From Raillietiella orientalis (lineage: Eukaryota): a stretch of 64,000 nt of DNA. The DNA lies in contig JAYWIR010000057.1 of assembly GCA_036172245.1 (NCBI GenBank), positions 62,001-126,000 of the forward strand, written 5' to 3'. The translations under genes were made by a program, and so were the position numbers. This document shows, piece by piece, positions 13,300 to 26,212 of the stretch. The notes under the pieces were generated by a model. That model saw only the letters and a program-made list of their open reading frames with translations, was not told the DNA's origin and searched no databases. Position 1 is the first letter of the stretch. Each line of letters begins with the position of its first letter.

Positions 13300-14150
13300 C
13301 GTCGAAATGAGTTTGCTGCAAGGGGAAGGGCAGAATGCATGGGTTGCTCGCCTCTTTGGCTTGATTCGTTGGATCTTGGGATGACGTAAACGCAGTTGCG
13401 ATGTTCCCAAGCATAGCTGCTTACCATCCTGTTTTCTTTGGTCCGCCTTCTTTCGTTCCAAGGCAGCATTCATGCAGTACCTCGGGATCATTCTGCATGA
13501 GTTAGAGGCTAAGAAACAACTCATTTAATTCACAGGTGCATTGCAAGCAAGCTTGCTTTCAAAAGAGCGGCATAGACGATCCTTGTTTCTGAACCACAAG
13601 CGCCTAATCGACGAACACAAAGAGGAACACGCTTGTGGCTCAGCGGTTGGTGAGATCATTCCCGCGGACCGCTGTGTCACGTGTGCATCAAGTGAGAACA
13701 GTGTAGTATGCATTGCTGTCGCTTAAGGAAGGGAATTGCATTCGTGCTGACGGGCGGAATTTCCAGTTCGTGCTGAAGGACACCGAAGGATCGGTGTCTC
13801 TCTTCTTGAGAGCCATTGCTCGCGCTTGTAACGTGGTGGTTGGTGACGGGCGTTTGATGCGCCGCGCAACTGTCTTTGCGCTTGCCCTTGCAACGGATAT
13901 CAAGTTAGTCGAGTCTTGGACCAGCACACTACCACGGCAGAGACGGAAAACAATCTCAAAAAGAATGAAGGTACCTGGAAGAATTTGGGTTCTTCTAAAC
14001 AGGCAGAGGAAATCAATGTTGCGACCTACGTGCGACGTCTCCAACGCAAGGAAAGTATCCTGACTGGTAGTGCGACTAAAGTCTTGAAGTGAGTGGCGGC
14101 GTCTTAAGGCCAGTACAGAAGAATGAGCGTACACATTCAGCTTAACCTAC
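13300..14150 (-). mobile_element. Probable LINE C-terminal remnant
   Basis: Finger-like 'ACSSLCSSIRRLW' and a CCCTTCCCC 3' UTR start like the other copies; very decayed. Confidence 0.3.
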
Positions 14151-14242
14151 CCCCTGCGTGCTTTCTGTGCTTCCGTGTAGGTCAAGAGAGGAACGGGTGA
14201 GTAGAATTTATCTGCTCGGAGTGCTTTAAAGGCAACCTCTGT

Positions 14243-14800
14243 TGTCACACCCGAGATGGAGAAATTTCCTTCCCGTTAGCGTGCAGGCTTTCGCGTTCGC
14301 AGACGGCACTCCGGGAATGAGGTCTATTTTAGCGGTTACTGTAGGTCGTTCCTGTTGGGGATTCTCCAGGAAGGAGCAGGTAGCCAGAGAACAACTCCCG
14401 AGAACGAGTCATGGAAGTGGAGAATCCTAGCAATTCGACTTTATTTACTACTCGTTCCTTGTCATCGGCACAGCACGTGGCGAAGTGGTTTTTTTAGGTT
14501 TCCGTGGGGGCACCAATCAGACGCCTCCTGATCTGGTGCCTTATGAGATCCATTTTTGGAGTAAGGGGGTGCTGTGCAGCGGAGAGACGAAGTGAATGAG
14601 ACATGGAAGAAGGTGTCAACCACGGATTTAGAGCTAGGGGTGCTGTGCATCCCACCGCGGGAGATGCCGACAAATCCCATCTACCACTGCGGATCTTTCG
14701 CCAACACTTAAGAGTAAGCCCGTTTGCCAATCGGAGCCTCTTCCGTCGAGTGGTAATCTGCGTGAGCCGAAAGCTAGAATGTAGAAAGCGTCACTAGGAT
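14243..14800 (-). mobile_element. Possible solo LTR
   Basis: Minus strand ends ...GGGTGTGACA and carries AATAAA (~14440); non-coding; other end and TSD not resolved. Confidence 0.3.
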
Positions 14801-14819
14801 TGCGTGGTACCTAGGGTGC

Positions 14820-17800
14820 GATGAACGAGTCCCTGGATACCCTTCATTGACAAGAAACCAGCAGGAAAAAAAAAAGTGCAACCATTTCTTTTGAGAGGGC
14901 GGATGCGAGGCAACAACAGACGTTGACGCCATGAGGGCTCTAAACCGAAGGGGAAGGGAGGGAAAAAAAAGTGCTTCTTTCGCTACTGATATTCTTTTTT
15001 GGAGGTTGGCAGAAGGGAAAACTGGACGAAAACGAGGAAAATAGGTTATACCAGTGCTCCGGGAGTTGTGCTTGCAAAAGTCTTCGAGGCCACTGCAGTT
15101 GCATGCAATGCTCAGGGTCCGTGAAGGAAGTACCGAATGATTCGGAGAGGGGGGCTTAGCGTTATAGGCAAAATGGCGCAGTCGGTCTCCTTCCATCAAT
15201 AGAAAGGCTCTGAGCTCCACAGAAACTCAGAAATATCCATCTCGTTCCAGAAGTTGTGAAGCCGCAGAACGTGAGGCGACCCAGCCACACGTTACCTATC
15301 AAGTAACTGTCCACAGAGGACTTAGCCTCAAGATGCAGTTCGGAAGCGCGTCTTCCAGTCAGTCGTCTACAGGTTCTTTCGGCACCTGGAACGTCCCTCC
15401 GGATGGTTCTCGAGGCACAACACTCCTTCCACACCATGAGAGAACCTCTGCGAATGAGATGGCTGCAACTTTGCTATTGGAAGTGGGCAAAGGTCCTCTT
15501 TGTTCCGCCTGCTGACCAAGGAGAGAGAAGGACTTGCAGGTCAGTGAAAATGATTTCAGTATGCAGTATGCCTCTTTCGTGCGTCACGTGACTCTTTGTC
15601 CTTGTGCCTTAAGTCTACGACATGTGTTCTCATTTTCTTCCTGTCCAGTTCCAGGATTCAGATATGCCGTGCTTTTACCGTCGGCGTCGCGCGCAACTGG
15701 AGGAATCTGTTACGGAACGTCAGCTGACCATCGTTAGCATGCTGTCGCTCCAAAGACTGGTCTCAGCCACCAGCAGAGCCCAACCATCCCGTGTCACGTC
15801 GTTGGCTTTCTGCTCTTTCTCCAGGCAACGCCTCTGTTTTCTGATGTGTCGCTTTCCTTGAGGGAATGTCCCCCTCCTCTTGTGTCTTTGGATTCTTCTT
15901 CTTTCCAGTTCGTGAATCGTCACAGAACCGTTCGCATCCGCTGAGGGTTCGCGAAGCTCTTTAGCACCGTTCCACACCACCCTTGGGTAGTGTAACATCA
16001 GCTAGAGGGTAATCCTTCTATTTCAAGTGTTCTGAAATGAGGAGTCTGCTCCTTTTACCCTTGGGAGAGAATTCTGAAGAGAACCATCGTCGTAACTGTC
16101 TCCAAACGGAACACCTGGAGAAACGTCTCTCTTCTCTCCGAAAGGGTTCCTAAGGAGAGGCCACTCCTTGTCTTTTGTAGAGAGAAAAGCATCAAAGATT
16201 CCACTTCTCGGATGTCCCATGAGAAGAGAACCCGCATGAATACCGCATTCCGTTATCTCCTCTGAAGGGAACGCAGAAGGAAAGCTTATCTGAATAATCC
16301 GCCCCTCGAAGAAAGCAACGCTCTTCTGACACTTTTAAGATAAAGGATATCTGTCCCCTGCGTGGTACACTATGGAGCGCCTGTTCTTGAAGGTGACCAC
16401 GCATCGAACCACGTTCTTGGCTTCTGGAAGGAATCCTGGCACCCCTGGAGGTCATCTGCTTTCCGAATCCCACAAACGCCGCACTGGAAGCTTGTGGGCT
16501 ACGCAGAGTCACATTGAACCGGGGACTCAGAAGCAACGACCCAAGCACACGGCATAGACTCTTTCCCGGGTGGGAATGGATCCCCCATCGCTTCATATCA
16601 TGCGAGGAGACGTTGCCACTCAGCCGCACTCTTCTTGCACGTCGAAACACCCTTTCCGGCGAGTTGGCGGGAACATCGTGTAACGAGAAGTCTAGAGATG
16701 TGCAGTCTTTATTTCTCGCTATGGACGCACGCTGCAATGCATTTGCAGTTCCCAAGCATCCACGTTGTCCACGCGGGAAATTCAGACCATTTTCCAAGCT
16801 GCTACTCTTTCTGTTCCAAGAAACCAATCCTATTTCTTCCGTAGTCTAAGGAGGCGCAGTACCTCGAGAGGAATCCACCTCCCAAGTGCCACACATTCTC
16901 GTTCTCTGGCAACATCCTGATTTCCACGGTGCAGACGCCGCCGGTCTTCATAACAAGCGCAAGCTTGGGAGATACGGGAACACGGGTCAGGTCAACTCAC
17001 TTTTTTAATGTAGTGCCTCTCCTCCAGTGTGTAGACGGAACTGTCAATTGAGAACATCAGCGGAGGGAACTCAGACTGACATGGCACCTTCAGAAGAATT
17101 TGCGGAAGAGCGTCACAAAAGCTGTGAGCTCACCTGTGTGGAAAAATATCCTTGGTCTTTCGATTCTGCTCCCAGATGCTTTAGAATCGCTGAAACCTCG
17201 TTTTTAGGACCACCAAGGGGACGTCCCATAACCACTTTTCCCACGCAACCTTTTGCACACAGAGTCAGCTTCTCGAATTGTACCCTGGAGGAGGTGAGTG
17301 GAACCAGGAAAATTCCGGACTTACTTATTGATGCCGACCTTCCAATGGAAGTCCAATGTATCGGTCAACTGGTGGTAGATGAAATTTCCTTGACCCAGAT
17401 CAAGGTTGCTTTTGCCGAAGTGAAGCCATCCTTTAGAGGAAGAGTTCCTGCGGAATAGAACGCTCTCCTTATCCTGTTTCCAGAAATGCAGCAGCAAATC
17501 TTTGAGCACACTTTCGTTCTTAAATTGGCAACTCAGTTTGAGAGAGATGGCATTCATTCATGGTGTCGAAACGGGTCAATCAAGCATCGAGAAGCAGGGT
17601 TGATGGCAGTTCAGCCTGCCCCTACATAACTGCATCGTACCTTGGCAGGCAAAAAGAATATTCAGGCTGGAGCTTTCCTGCTTCGATGATGCGTTTAAGC
17701 AGCGAATAATTGCCAGGAACGGGAAAGCCCAGTCCAAGCATACCGTCGGCAGGAACCCAAAAATGGGGGGTTATGCTGGTGACCATCCCAAATTCCACAT

Positions 17801-18850
17801 TCGGAACGGAGATACCCTCGATCTGGAAGGAAGGTGCTTAGAAGCCTTTGTCTTATTCCACGGAACTTCTTCGCTCCCGACCAATCCTACAGCATATCCG
17901 GCTGTAAGGGTAAATTGCGCATACACTCGAGAACCTGGAGGGTGGGTGGCGACTACCATTTCGTTCCTCTTCGGGTCGTTATGGGTCAGTGCAGTGCGTT
18001 TGGTTGGGAGCAAGGAATTCCAGTACGAAACACTCCTCAAGGCAGTGAGGAAGAGCTGGTTTTCTTCGATCTCTGAGTGTTCCATTCGAAGCCTCGGACG
18101 AGGACGCCCCGCAACCCACTGTGGAGTTGGGAGGGTAAGGACGACGGTGGGAAAGGAGAGCGTGCGTGACGCAAACGGAAGGAACGGCACCCAACCAACG
18201 CCAGGAGGTGGCTAGGCGGAAGCTCTGCGTGTTTTCCTTCCATGCCCGGAGGAAAGAGCGGCGAGCAAGAGGTCGTGAGGACAAGAGGACTGCGGAAGCG
18301 GGGAAACTCCGTCGCGGAGAAGACTGCGCAGCACTGTGCCGCCCGTGTCTGCCTCCCACGGTGCTTGTCCGTGAAGAAGAGCCATTCCACGCAAATCTCG
18401 TGGATGCTTCACGAAATTCAGCGAAGATGCAGCCGCTGCAGGCCATCCATCAGCGAGCGCTCCTTATCGTCACCGACCCCGTGTTTCAAGCGCTCGCGCT
18501 CTCTTTTTTTACCTTCAGTTTGTCTACAGCCTTGAATCCATATATCACAGATCTCGATACAGAAATTATGTCGTCTTTGTAATTGAATTCTGTTTGGGTG
18601 ACCTTGCTTCCCTTGGACAGCTTGGGATTATACTGACGACGGTTCTCTGGAACGAAGAACGTGGTTTTTGCTCTCCCCCCATAATTTTTACCGGGAACTC
18701 ACTACTTTTCACGATGATGCATGAACTCGAGAGAAACCACACTTCATTCTTGTAACTGTTTACTGACGGCAGCATTAACTGCTGAGGTTCCCCGAGTTCC
18801 ATCGACACGAACAGGACCTGGAAAAACGTCATGACTTGCTTTGTTGGAAC
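14820..18850 (-). mobile_element. Near full-length decayed L1/Tx1-like LINE
   Basis: ORF1-like 'VIYGFKAVDKLK...NTG' (18450-18600); EN 'EFLAPNQTH' (LQETH-like, ~18000); RT 'GKWSEF', 'ADYSDKLSF' (YADD-like, ~16290); pyrimidine-rich 3' UTR at ~14950. Confidence 0.55.
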
Positions 18851-18949
18851 GGGGCTGGGAGGCTGCGTTGTTGCTGGATTCGTTTCCCGGAAGCCCCCCG
18901 ATAGTGCAGAAGGATATGCGGTCACGCAGAGGCCAGACGGCTGACGCGA

Positions 18950-19800
18950 AGGCTCCCCAGGCAAAGTCACCAGGCTGAGGACTGCATGCTGCTTCCGGAA
19001 GGAGCCGCGATCGACCGCAAACGGCTTCCGTGCAGATGCGCGATCCGGACCGCCGAAGTGTCTAGCGAAGTGCAGCGAACGCGTCGGGACAGCGCATCCT
19101 TTCTTCCCTGTACTGTTGCGAGGACTGCAGTACCAACGCGCGCCTGATGCGCGCCCAAGAGAGAGGCGCAAGTCGTGCAAACGAAGAATCCCGCGCGAGG
19201 CTGGCGGCAGAGGGCACGTCCAAGGAAATCGCCCGTGTTGGCGGCCATGCGACCGAAGTCTCCACGCGTGGCACCCAACGTTGCGGGTTCGAATCCCCAC
19301 CTCGCTGAAAATAGGTGCGTCGTGGGTTTCGTGTTCCCTACGCAGGGTGACCTCGGTCGGCCCATCCAGGCGCAGCGGCACTGGTGGGATCTGGAAAACG
19401 TTGTCTGGCATGAATTAGAATCTTCTGGGGTGCGTGCTGGGATCAAAAAGTCTAGTTGTAAAAATGAGGTCTTCCTCCATTCCCTGGGGCAACCTTCCAT
19501 CGCGAACCATGGATTCGGTGAATATTCTCTGCTGCAGAGGCGTTTGCTGCACTCGGGCGTGTCTTCTGGAGAGACAACAGTTCTAGAGAGTCTGAACAAA
19601 ATGAATGGTTCCTTCGGGAAGCGTTCTTTCGAGAAGTTTGGTGGCGCGTTTTCGGGGTTCTTTACAGAAGGGCAAGACAAGGAGCCATTCCTCTGCGGGT
19701 TCCCTCCGAAGGAAGGGAAGCTGTTAGACTGGATCATTGCTGAGTTTTCTTCAAATAAGAAACAAAGAGTGCCTTTCCTCCTTCAGAGGAGCCTTTGGAA
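18950..19800 (-). mobile_element. Possible second LINE ORF1 remnant
   Basis: Knuckle-like FVCTTCASLLGAHQA and VRCTSL in ORF 18967..19737. Confidence 0.3.
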
Positions 19801-22021
19801 GGGAAGAAGGAAGAGGTGGTTCCTTCTAAGGTTCCCCTCGGACACATCCGACCCGAGAGACCTTTTCGTAATTCTCTCTTAAGAGTAAGCGGAATGGACC
19901 CATGCTGAGTATTTAGCTTTGCTGGATTCATACGATGAATTCTGCGAGGTTGCCACCACTAGGTTGGAGTCGCACTCACCCTTCGATGACGTCGACGGTG
20001 TCTCTATGTGCTTCGTGAGTGTTCCTTGAGGAGGCGAATGGTTCTTTAGCACTTGACGAACCCCAAAACAAGAGAATGATGGAAGAGGAGCAGTGAAAAG
20101 AAATCAAACCAAAAGGATCCCATCGTTTCAGGCCAGTGGTGACGATCTCCTGGTGATGTCACTTCTGGCCGTGACTACTGGTCCTTCGAAAGGACGTCGG
20201 TTTTGAAGACAGCAAAGAACGCGCTGCTGTTGACTGCGGCGAAGGGTGTCGGGAAGTGAGCGACCTTGACGTTGCCTGTTTCCATGCTCTTGCTCGGAGC
20301 AGGGACAAAGACCTCATGCATCGTACGTCAGAGATGGGCATCGACGTTAGGTGCAAACCCGACGTGAATCACCAAGGAAGAGCATCATCATAGGAAGCGG
20401 GAAAGCAGAAATTGATTCACGTTCGGAGACATCAGGCAACTGGTCGGGTTGTGCGGAGCCGCCCTCCAAGGGTCACTCCCGGCTGACAATGAGGCAATGC
20501 CTGTCGTTCAAAGTGCCGTATGCCACATCCTGGAATCCAATCATGACGTATTTTCGCGAGATGTATCGTGGCCGCCTTATCCATGCAAGGCGACGCCTTA
20601 TCCTGGGAAACATATGCCGTCGGAACCGTATTCACGAAGAAGCCCCACTGACTGTCCGGGATGCGGGAGTATTCCCTCGGAAATCCTAAACACGAACTGG
20701 CCCTTTTCGATTGCGCGGAAGTCGAACAGCGTTCAAGCATATGAAAGCGAGGAAGAATATTTTTGGTGACAACACCTAGCGGCGTTTCTGTCGACCTGTC
20801 CCAGCTTTAGTGAGCTGAAGAATTCGGTTGCAGCAACTTGCCGAACCCAAAATCAGCAACTTTACTGGGAGATCCACCACTACTAGGTAGGGGGACGTGG
20901 ACACGCGGCCGCGAAATTAGGAGCGCGAATTGGGGTTCAGGTGTGGAAATGCGAGTGATCCCTGATGGAGCCTTCGTGATGTAAGATAGACAGCCGTCCA
21001 GGAACTTTTCACTTACCCCACCTAAGTTTTGGTAAATCTCCAAGGTCACGAGATTTCTGTCCTTCATCTTCACCTTGGAACTAGGAAGCGCAAGACAACC
21101 TCTGAAACAAGAAACAGTTACCATGGATGCCTCCAGCAAGAAACGCGGAAACGAGCTGCACTTCAGCCGATGCGCTAACCCGGCTGCACTAGATGGCCCC
21201 TATGACGCTTTGACATATGCTGTGGGGCGGCGTTTGCTGCATGCGAACGCCAACTGATAGCGTGACGAGTCCCGTGTTCGCCTGCTCTTCTCGGAAACCT
21301 TCGAATGCCGCAGCCGATGCGAAGAGCGCCGAGCGCGAAGGAATCAGCATGTGACCGCAACGCGAACGTCCCGTTAGGCATCCGACCTCTTTCTGACTAT
21401 GCGATCCTGGCTTGAAGATGCACCTCGCGGCGACCAGATGAAGCACAACCGGAGAACGCTCCTTGCACGAACGCGCACGAAGAGAATGCGACGCCTCAGG
21501 CGTGTTTGTTCTCTGCATCTACAGTGTGACCGTGCGCTCTCTTCCGCTTCACGGTCCATCACTTCTTGGATCCGTGTGCGGAGTAGCGTGTCCTTGTGAG
21601 AGTGATCAAATTGCCGTGCGCTGGAAGCGGGAGGCTACCATCGTGGTACATGGTTCCACGTGGCGCCACATGTCGACCGCACTGACACGAGACGGTGCAT
21701 TGCAGGCGCACGCGCTTTCCGATCAGCAGAGCACGAGCTGCCTCTTTGGGATGCCGAAAGGGGCGGGTCGGGCTGTCGACGGCGGTTTTGCTCCTTTCTT
21801 CCAAAACTCTCACTGCGCACACTTTTTCAGCGCACGCATGTGAACGCAGGAGCTGCCGAAGATTGCAGTGCCGGGAAAGGGGGGCTGTCGGAGACGGAGT
21901 AGGTTGCGTTCGGAAGGGAGGAAGCGCGAATCCAAACACCAGGGAGCGCCAGCTTTTGAAGCGCGCTACAGAGGTCGATGATCCCAAAGGTGGAACCGTC
22001 TCTGTAAGTGTCCTCACTTAC

Positions 22022-22145
22022 CTGCTGTGCATCTCCAACATGCAGACGGAGCTGAGCACCCATACCAGTAGACAGGATGTTACCGAGAGTGCCTCCATCG
22101 TTCGTGATCCTGGGATGATATCTGCCGTAGTCGGGAAGGGGTTCG
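22022..22145 (-). CDS. Putative second exon encoding a signal-peptide-like segment (…NPFPTTADIIPGSRTMEALSVTSCLLVWVLSSVCMLEMHS)
   Basis: Acceptor TTTATTTGTTTTCCAG|, consensus donor CAG|GTAAGT at 22021, Kozak ACGATGG at 22098, open frame, hydrophobic core. Confidence 0.62.
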
Positions 22146-22659
22146 CTGGAAAACAAATAAAGTATCGGTGGCGCTGCGGAGAGCAGCGACAACGGAGGGT
22201 GCGCAAGAGCGCGCGCCGCTTAAGTCGGCTAGCCACGGGTTGGGTCCATCTACGGAAACAGGGAGCGCTGCCAAGTCGAGCAATGCGCGCAATACTGCGT
22301 ACCGCAGACCGAGGATGCGCGACGAACGGGTCGGACATTTTCCGGAATTCCAACGACCAGTTGCTACGTTTTTTTACCGTTGATCCACGAAAAGTGCGGT
22401 CCGAAGGCGCGCGCACAGATGGCATCCGTTTCGCTGCAGCGGTGGGACCTCATGGAAGAAGCGGAAGGAGGCGACTGTGCCCCTGGCGCGCAACGCGTCA
22501 GGACCTCTGCGCGTTCGCCGCGCAACGCAAGGAGCGACCTATTCTGGCGTTTCAGCTCTGGAAACCGGCAGCGAGGAGCCGGCAGCGCCTGGAGCGCCAG
22601 GGACAGTGCTGGGCTTCTCTTCGTGGAACCGGTCAAAAATTGGCACAAACTCAACTTAC

Positions 22660-22708
22660 ACTCCGGCCAGGAACGAAGGTTCTCGTTGCCCAGGACGACC
22701 GGCATCAT
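22660..22708 (-). CDS. Putative first coding exon of a host gene (MMPVVLGNENLRSWPE, phase 1)
   Basis: ACAATG start at 22708; donor GAGT|GTAAGT at 22659; joins the next exon in frame. Confidence 0.5.
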
Positions 22709-23299
22709 TGTTTCGTCGTCGAACGTTCCAACAAAGGATGAAAATTTTCTTTTCCCATTCGAGAGAAAGCTTTTTGTGTGTCCGGATCGGGCATCTGTGC
22801 GTTCTCTCTCTGTGTCTTTCTGTGCAAGATTGTGTTGTGACTTGTTGCTGGTGCGCGTGTGTGGCAGCTGTCAATTCGTCGGAGGAAGTGAGCAGTGCGA
22901 CGCCGGAGGGTGAGAAGGTAGTGTGGGCGCTGGCGCGGTGGGCAAGCGGCGCCGGATGCGAGGCGCGGGGGTCGGCGAGCGAGCGGGACGGGGCGCGCGG
23001 TAGCGGCGGCGGCGGCTGCCGCCGGCGGGTGGTGACGTAACGCCGTCCGCCGCCGCCGCCGCCTGCGCCGTCCTGCCTGCTTCGCACGCTGCTTGGTGGT
23101 GGTCGAGCGTGCAGACAGAGCTGAAAACGACGTGCGGCGGGCAGGACGATGGAGTGGGCGCCCGTGCCCGTCCGCTCCAATCAGCGAGTCAGCCGTTGGC
23201 CATCTGCTGGTAGAGGGGTGCGGCGCGCATCCGTAAGTCGCATGCGGGTTCGCGGCGCGGCAGTCGCAGGTGGTAGAGTGGGAGGGTCGGGGCATTGCA

Positions 23300-23800
23300 G
23301 TGGGATCCCTGGGCAATGGAGGAAAAGGATCCAAGAAAAACGAAGACAAATACGGAAGTTCTCTTTCGAGAGTTGCGGAGATGGCGTGCAGACTGGTGCA
23401 CTCTCCTTGGAAATTCCGTTTCTTCAAGCACGGGTTGTGTTTTCGCTCTCTTTAGGAAACAGGGAAGCTGTACGCTGCTTGATTCAACCATTTCCAAAGC
23501 TCTTGGGACCAAGGCGATGGTTGAAACTCAGTGTTGCTTTAGCGATTTCACTGGGCAGCCTGTATGCCAAGAAGGGCAAAGACCCTCATGCGAACTGGCA
23601 GTAACGCCGAAATTCCACTGACTTCTGTACACGGGGCCCTGCGGTTGCAGCCTCCCAAGCTTGTCTTCCTTCTAATTCAAAAGGAAAGCAAAAAGAACTT
23701 CAGATATCCGGGAGGCAGCGAACCCAAGGTGGATGAGGTGGAGAATTGGATTCCCCACCGCGAGTTCACTCCGGGGCGGTGCCTCGTGCAGCAAAGACCC
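23300..23800 (+). mobile_element. LINE RT N-terminal remnant
   Basis: SLYAKKGKDPHANWQ resembles the RT 'LIPKKGKD..NWRPI' motif. Confidence 0.4.
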
Positions 23801-23899
23801 GCTGACTAGCGGCCAGCAAGTCGCAGAGGGCACCTGCGGCGTCACCCCACCCTCTTCACGCACGCGCACCTCTGGTGCGTGGCAATGCAGTTGCTTTGC

Positions 23900-24570
23900 A
23901 AGTGCTGGCCGCTCCAGTGTGCCCAGTGCATAAAAGCAACAGTCCTTGGGTACCAAAGCCAGAGCAAAAGCCGGAAGTACGTTGAAAGCTAACAAACAAA
24001 AATTAAAATCGATAATAGAAAAAAAAACTTGTGGAGACGAAGAAAGGGATCACTGTCGGCTAATGAGTGTCCTCAGCATCATTTCCAGGATGTCGGAAAG
24101 TTGCTTCTAAGTACCCCCCAGGTTGGGTCATCTAGTTGCCGTCCTCATCAAGCGCTAGTCGAAGCAGATGACATCTAAATCTTCCCATCCTCCTCTCGCA
24201 TAGCTCCAGGCTGCCGCAATCTCAGGTTGGCAGCAAAAAATTGCTAGGGATGCGGCAGGTGAAACGGCATCGCTCACAAAGATGCGCTTCGTTACGTCGC
24301 TGGAATTGCCCGCCTTTGCGACTAGGACCGTTGCGTAACGCAACCACAGGAACCGGAGAGCAACACAGTGTACAAGCAAGTTCGGGATGAATTCTTGTTA
24401 TCCGCACATGCAACAGTTGGGGTTCACATCTCCCCGGGCTCAGTGAAAATAGTGGGTGTTGCACAGAATGCCTTAGTGCAACACCTAAAGTGCTGAGTCT
24501 TCCCATTTCAGGAAGAGGGCTCTGCTGTTCTTCAGAGTTATTGACCACTTGAGGTTTCTTGAGGAATTCC
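23900..24570 (-). mobile_element. LINE 3' end
   Basis: AASLAIFCC...AAWSYARGG...LMRTATR*PNL, followed by GTGATCCCTTTC and a T-rich UTR. Confidence 0.65.
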
Positions 24571-24671
24571 CAGCAGCTCACCTCAGCTCAGTAATCCTTT
24601 CGGTGGTACTTTGGGTCGTGCCGTCTACGAGCTGGCCCGTAGTATAGCCAACAAGTTCCTTCGCTTTCCCA

Positions 24672-25079
24672 CCGAACTCACATCGGACCTCCCATTTGAC
24701 CAATTGGTAACTGTGGAAGGGCTTCCTGAGGGAGGGCAGCTCTGCGACTAAGGAGGTTCTTTTCGCCCACATACACTTGGTGGGCTGCATGATGAGGTGG
24801 GCGGCTGTAGTAGCAGGAATGCAGCAGTCGCTGCCGAATCTCCGGGCTCGCTTTGCTGTTGTTGGCTCTTGTGCGAACGGTTTCCTGGAAGCCGGCGCTA
24901 CCGTTTGTGGGCCCGCAGAAAAAACAGTTGTTGGTCGTGGTCAGCTTGGCCACTCGCCGGATCTCTAGTCTGCAGCTGGACACACTGCGTCTGTTCCTCC
25001 GTGCTAGTAACGAAGACAGTCTCACGTAGCCCTTCCACAGTTACCAATTGGTCAAATGGGAGGTCCGATGTGAGTTCGG
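24672..25079. repeat. Perfect 52-bp inverted repeat (24672-24723 / 25028-25079) within LINE ORF1-like remnants
   Basis: CCGAACTCACATCGGACCTCCCATTTGACCAATTGGTAACTGTGGAAGGGCT and its exact reverse complement, separated by a 304-bp spacer. Confidence 0.95.
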
Positions 25080-25399
25080 ATGTGAGCACACTCGCTTGAC
25101 CAGGTATCGTGCAAGTTCGCACCAGTCGTGCTTCAAAGCTTCGCCACTAGGGCAAGTGTCTTCTACTGGAGCTGCCCCTACAGGCGCTCTATCTTCAGGG
25201 GTCCGAGGTCTCCGTCGCGACAAGGAGCGCACAAGTCCTCCAGGCGGACTCAAAACCTTCCTTTGTCCCACAGGGAGAATCTGATGAGTTCTACCTTCCG
25301 CCTTTTAATGCAACTCGGTGGAAGGCAAAGAAAAGAAGGAGAGCTAAAGAGGGGAGCCACAAATGTATTCCACACTGCCGCTTGTTCCAAAAAGGGAAA

Positions 25400-26212
25400 C
25401 TTATCATCCTGGAACAGGCCAATCGCCGATTCGGTCTTTTGTGGGCAGCAGAATCATGCCTCTTCCGGAGAATAGTCCTCCAACGATACACCGCGAACAG
25501 TGTCTTAGAGGTACACCCAACGGTGAGCTGCTTTGTGGGTCACGCGACGGACTCATTGTCCCTACTCCCTGTGTGGACACCTCCATGTTCCCGTTCCTGT
25601 GGTAACAGGAAGCTCTGCTATTTCTGCACTGAGTTTTTCAGTACGATCAGGGCAGACATCTTTCCGTGGAGTGATGCTCCTGAACTGTTTGAGGTGCAGT
25701 GAAATGGAATCGTTACCGCATCTTTTTTTAGACTGCGGTGTCCTGGAGGACATGTGGCGGAGGTTCCCTTTAGCACTCCGTCGATCGCAGGAAATCGGTT
25801 TGGGCTTGATGCGACGCTTTTTTACAGGGAAGAAGATGATGGAAGGCTTTTTGACTGCAGCAATTTGTAGCATTCTCTACATAGTGATAGCTTGCCACGT
25901 GATGCAATTAGGCTCACCGGCATGGCAGCCGGCTTCAGAGGTCAGCTGCAGCATGCCTCATCTACCACAAGAAATCGGCAGGGAGCCCGCCACCATCCAG
26001 AACCGCTACTAGGAAGGTGGGAATGTGAAACCAGGGACCTCGGTCCCCACCCTCCCGTCTTGTATTTTTCATTTATTGCACCCACCTTCCGTTCCCAACC
26101 TTCATCACCAAATGAACATTTTTGTGACATCTCTTGCATCGAGAGGATATCATTCCCCTCGGACTCGTAATTTGTTTTTTTGAATAAAAGTCTTGACACC
26201 ACCGGAAGAAAG
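25400..26212 (+). mobile_element. LINE 3' portion
   Basis: NCLRCSEMESLPHLFLDC...LMRRFF; terminal AATAAAAGTCTTGACACCACCGGAAGAAA. Confidence 0.8.

Larger units (their letters stand above)
21200..23300. promoter_or_regulatory. CpG-island-like region around the 5' end of a minus-strand host gene
   Basis: Very CpG/GC-rich with (GCC)n/(GGC)n runs at 22940-23070, CRE-like TGACGTAA at ~23033, CCAAT at ~23177; no TE motifs. Confidence 0.65.

Noticed and set aside
18566..19882. Overlapping 235-281 aa ORFs as intact genes
   Set aside because: Frameshifted LINE ORF1 debris and its antisense frames
20807..21139. Functional protein kinase gene (DFG motif)
   Set aside because: No HRD or VAIK motif, wrong subdomain spacing, and a stop shortly after DFG
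21695..22741. 348-aa plus-strand ORF and overlapping long ORFs to 23427
   Set aside because: Arg/Ala/Gly-rich shadow ORFs expected in GC-rich DNA; no domain signal; splice signals favour the minus strand
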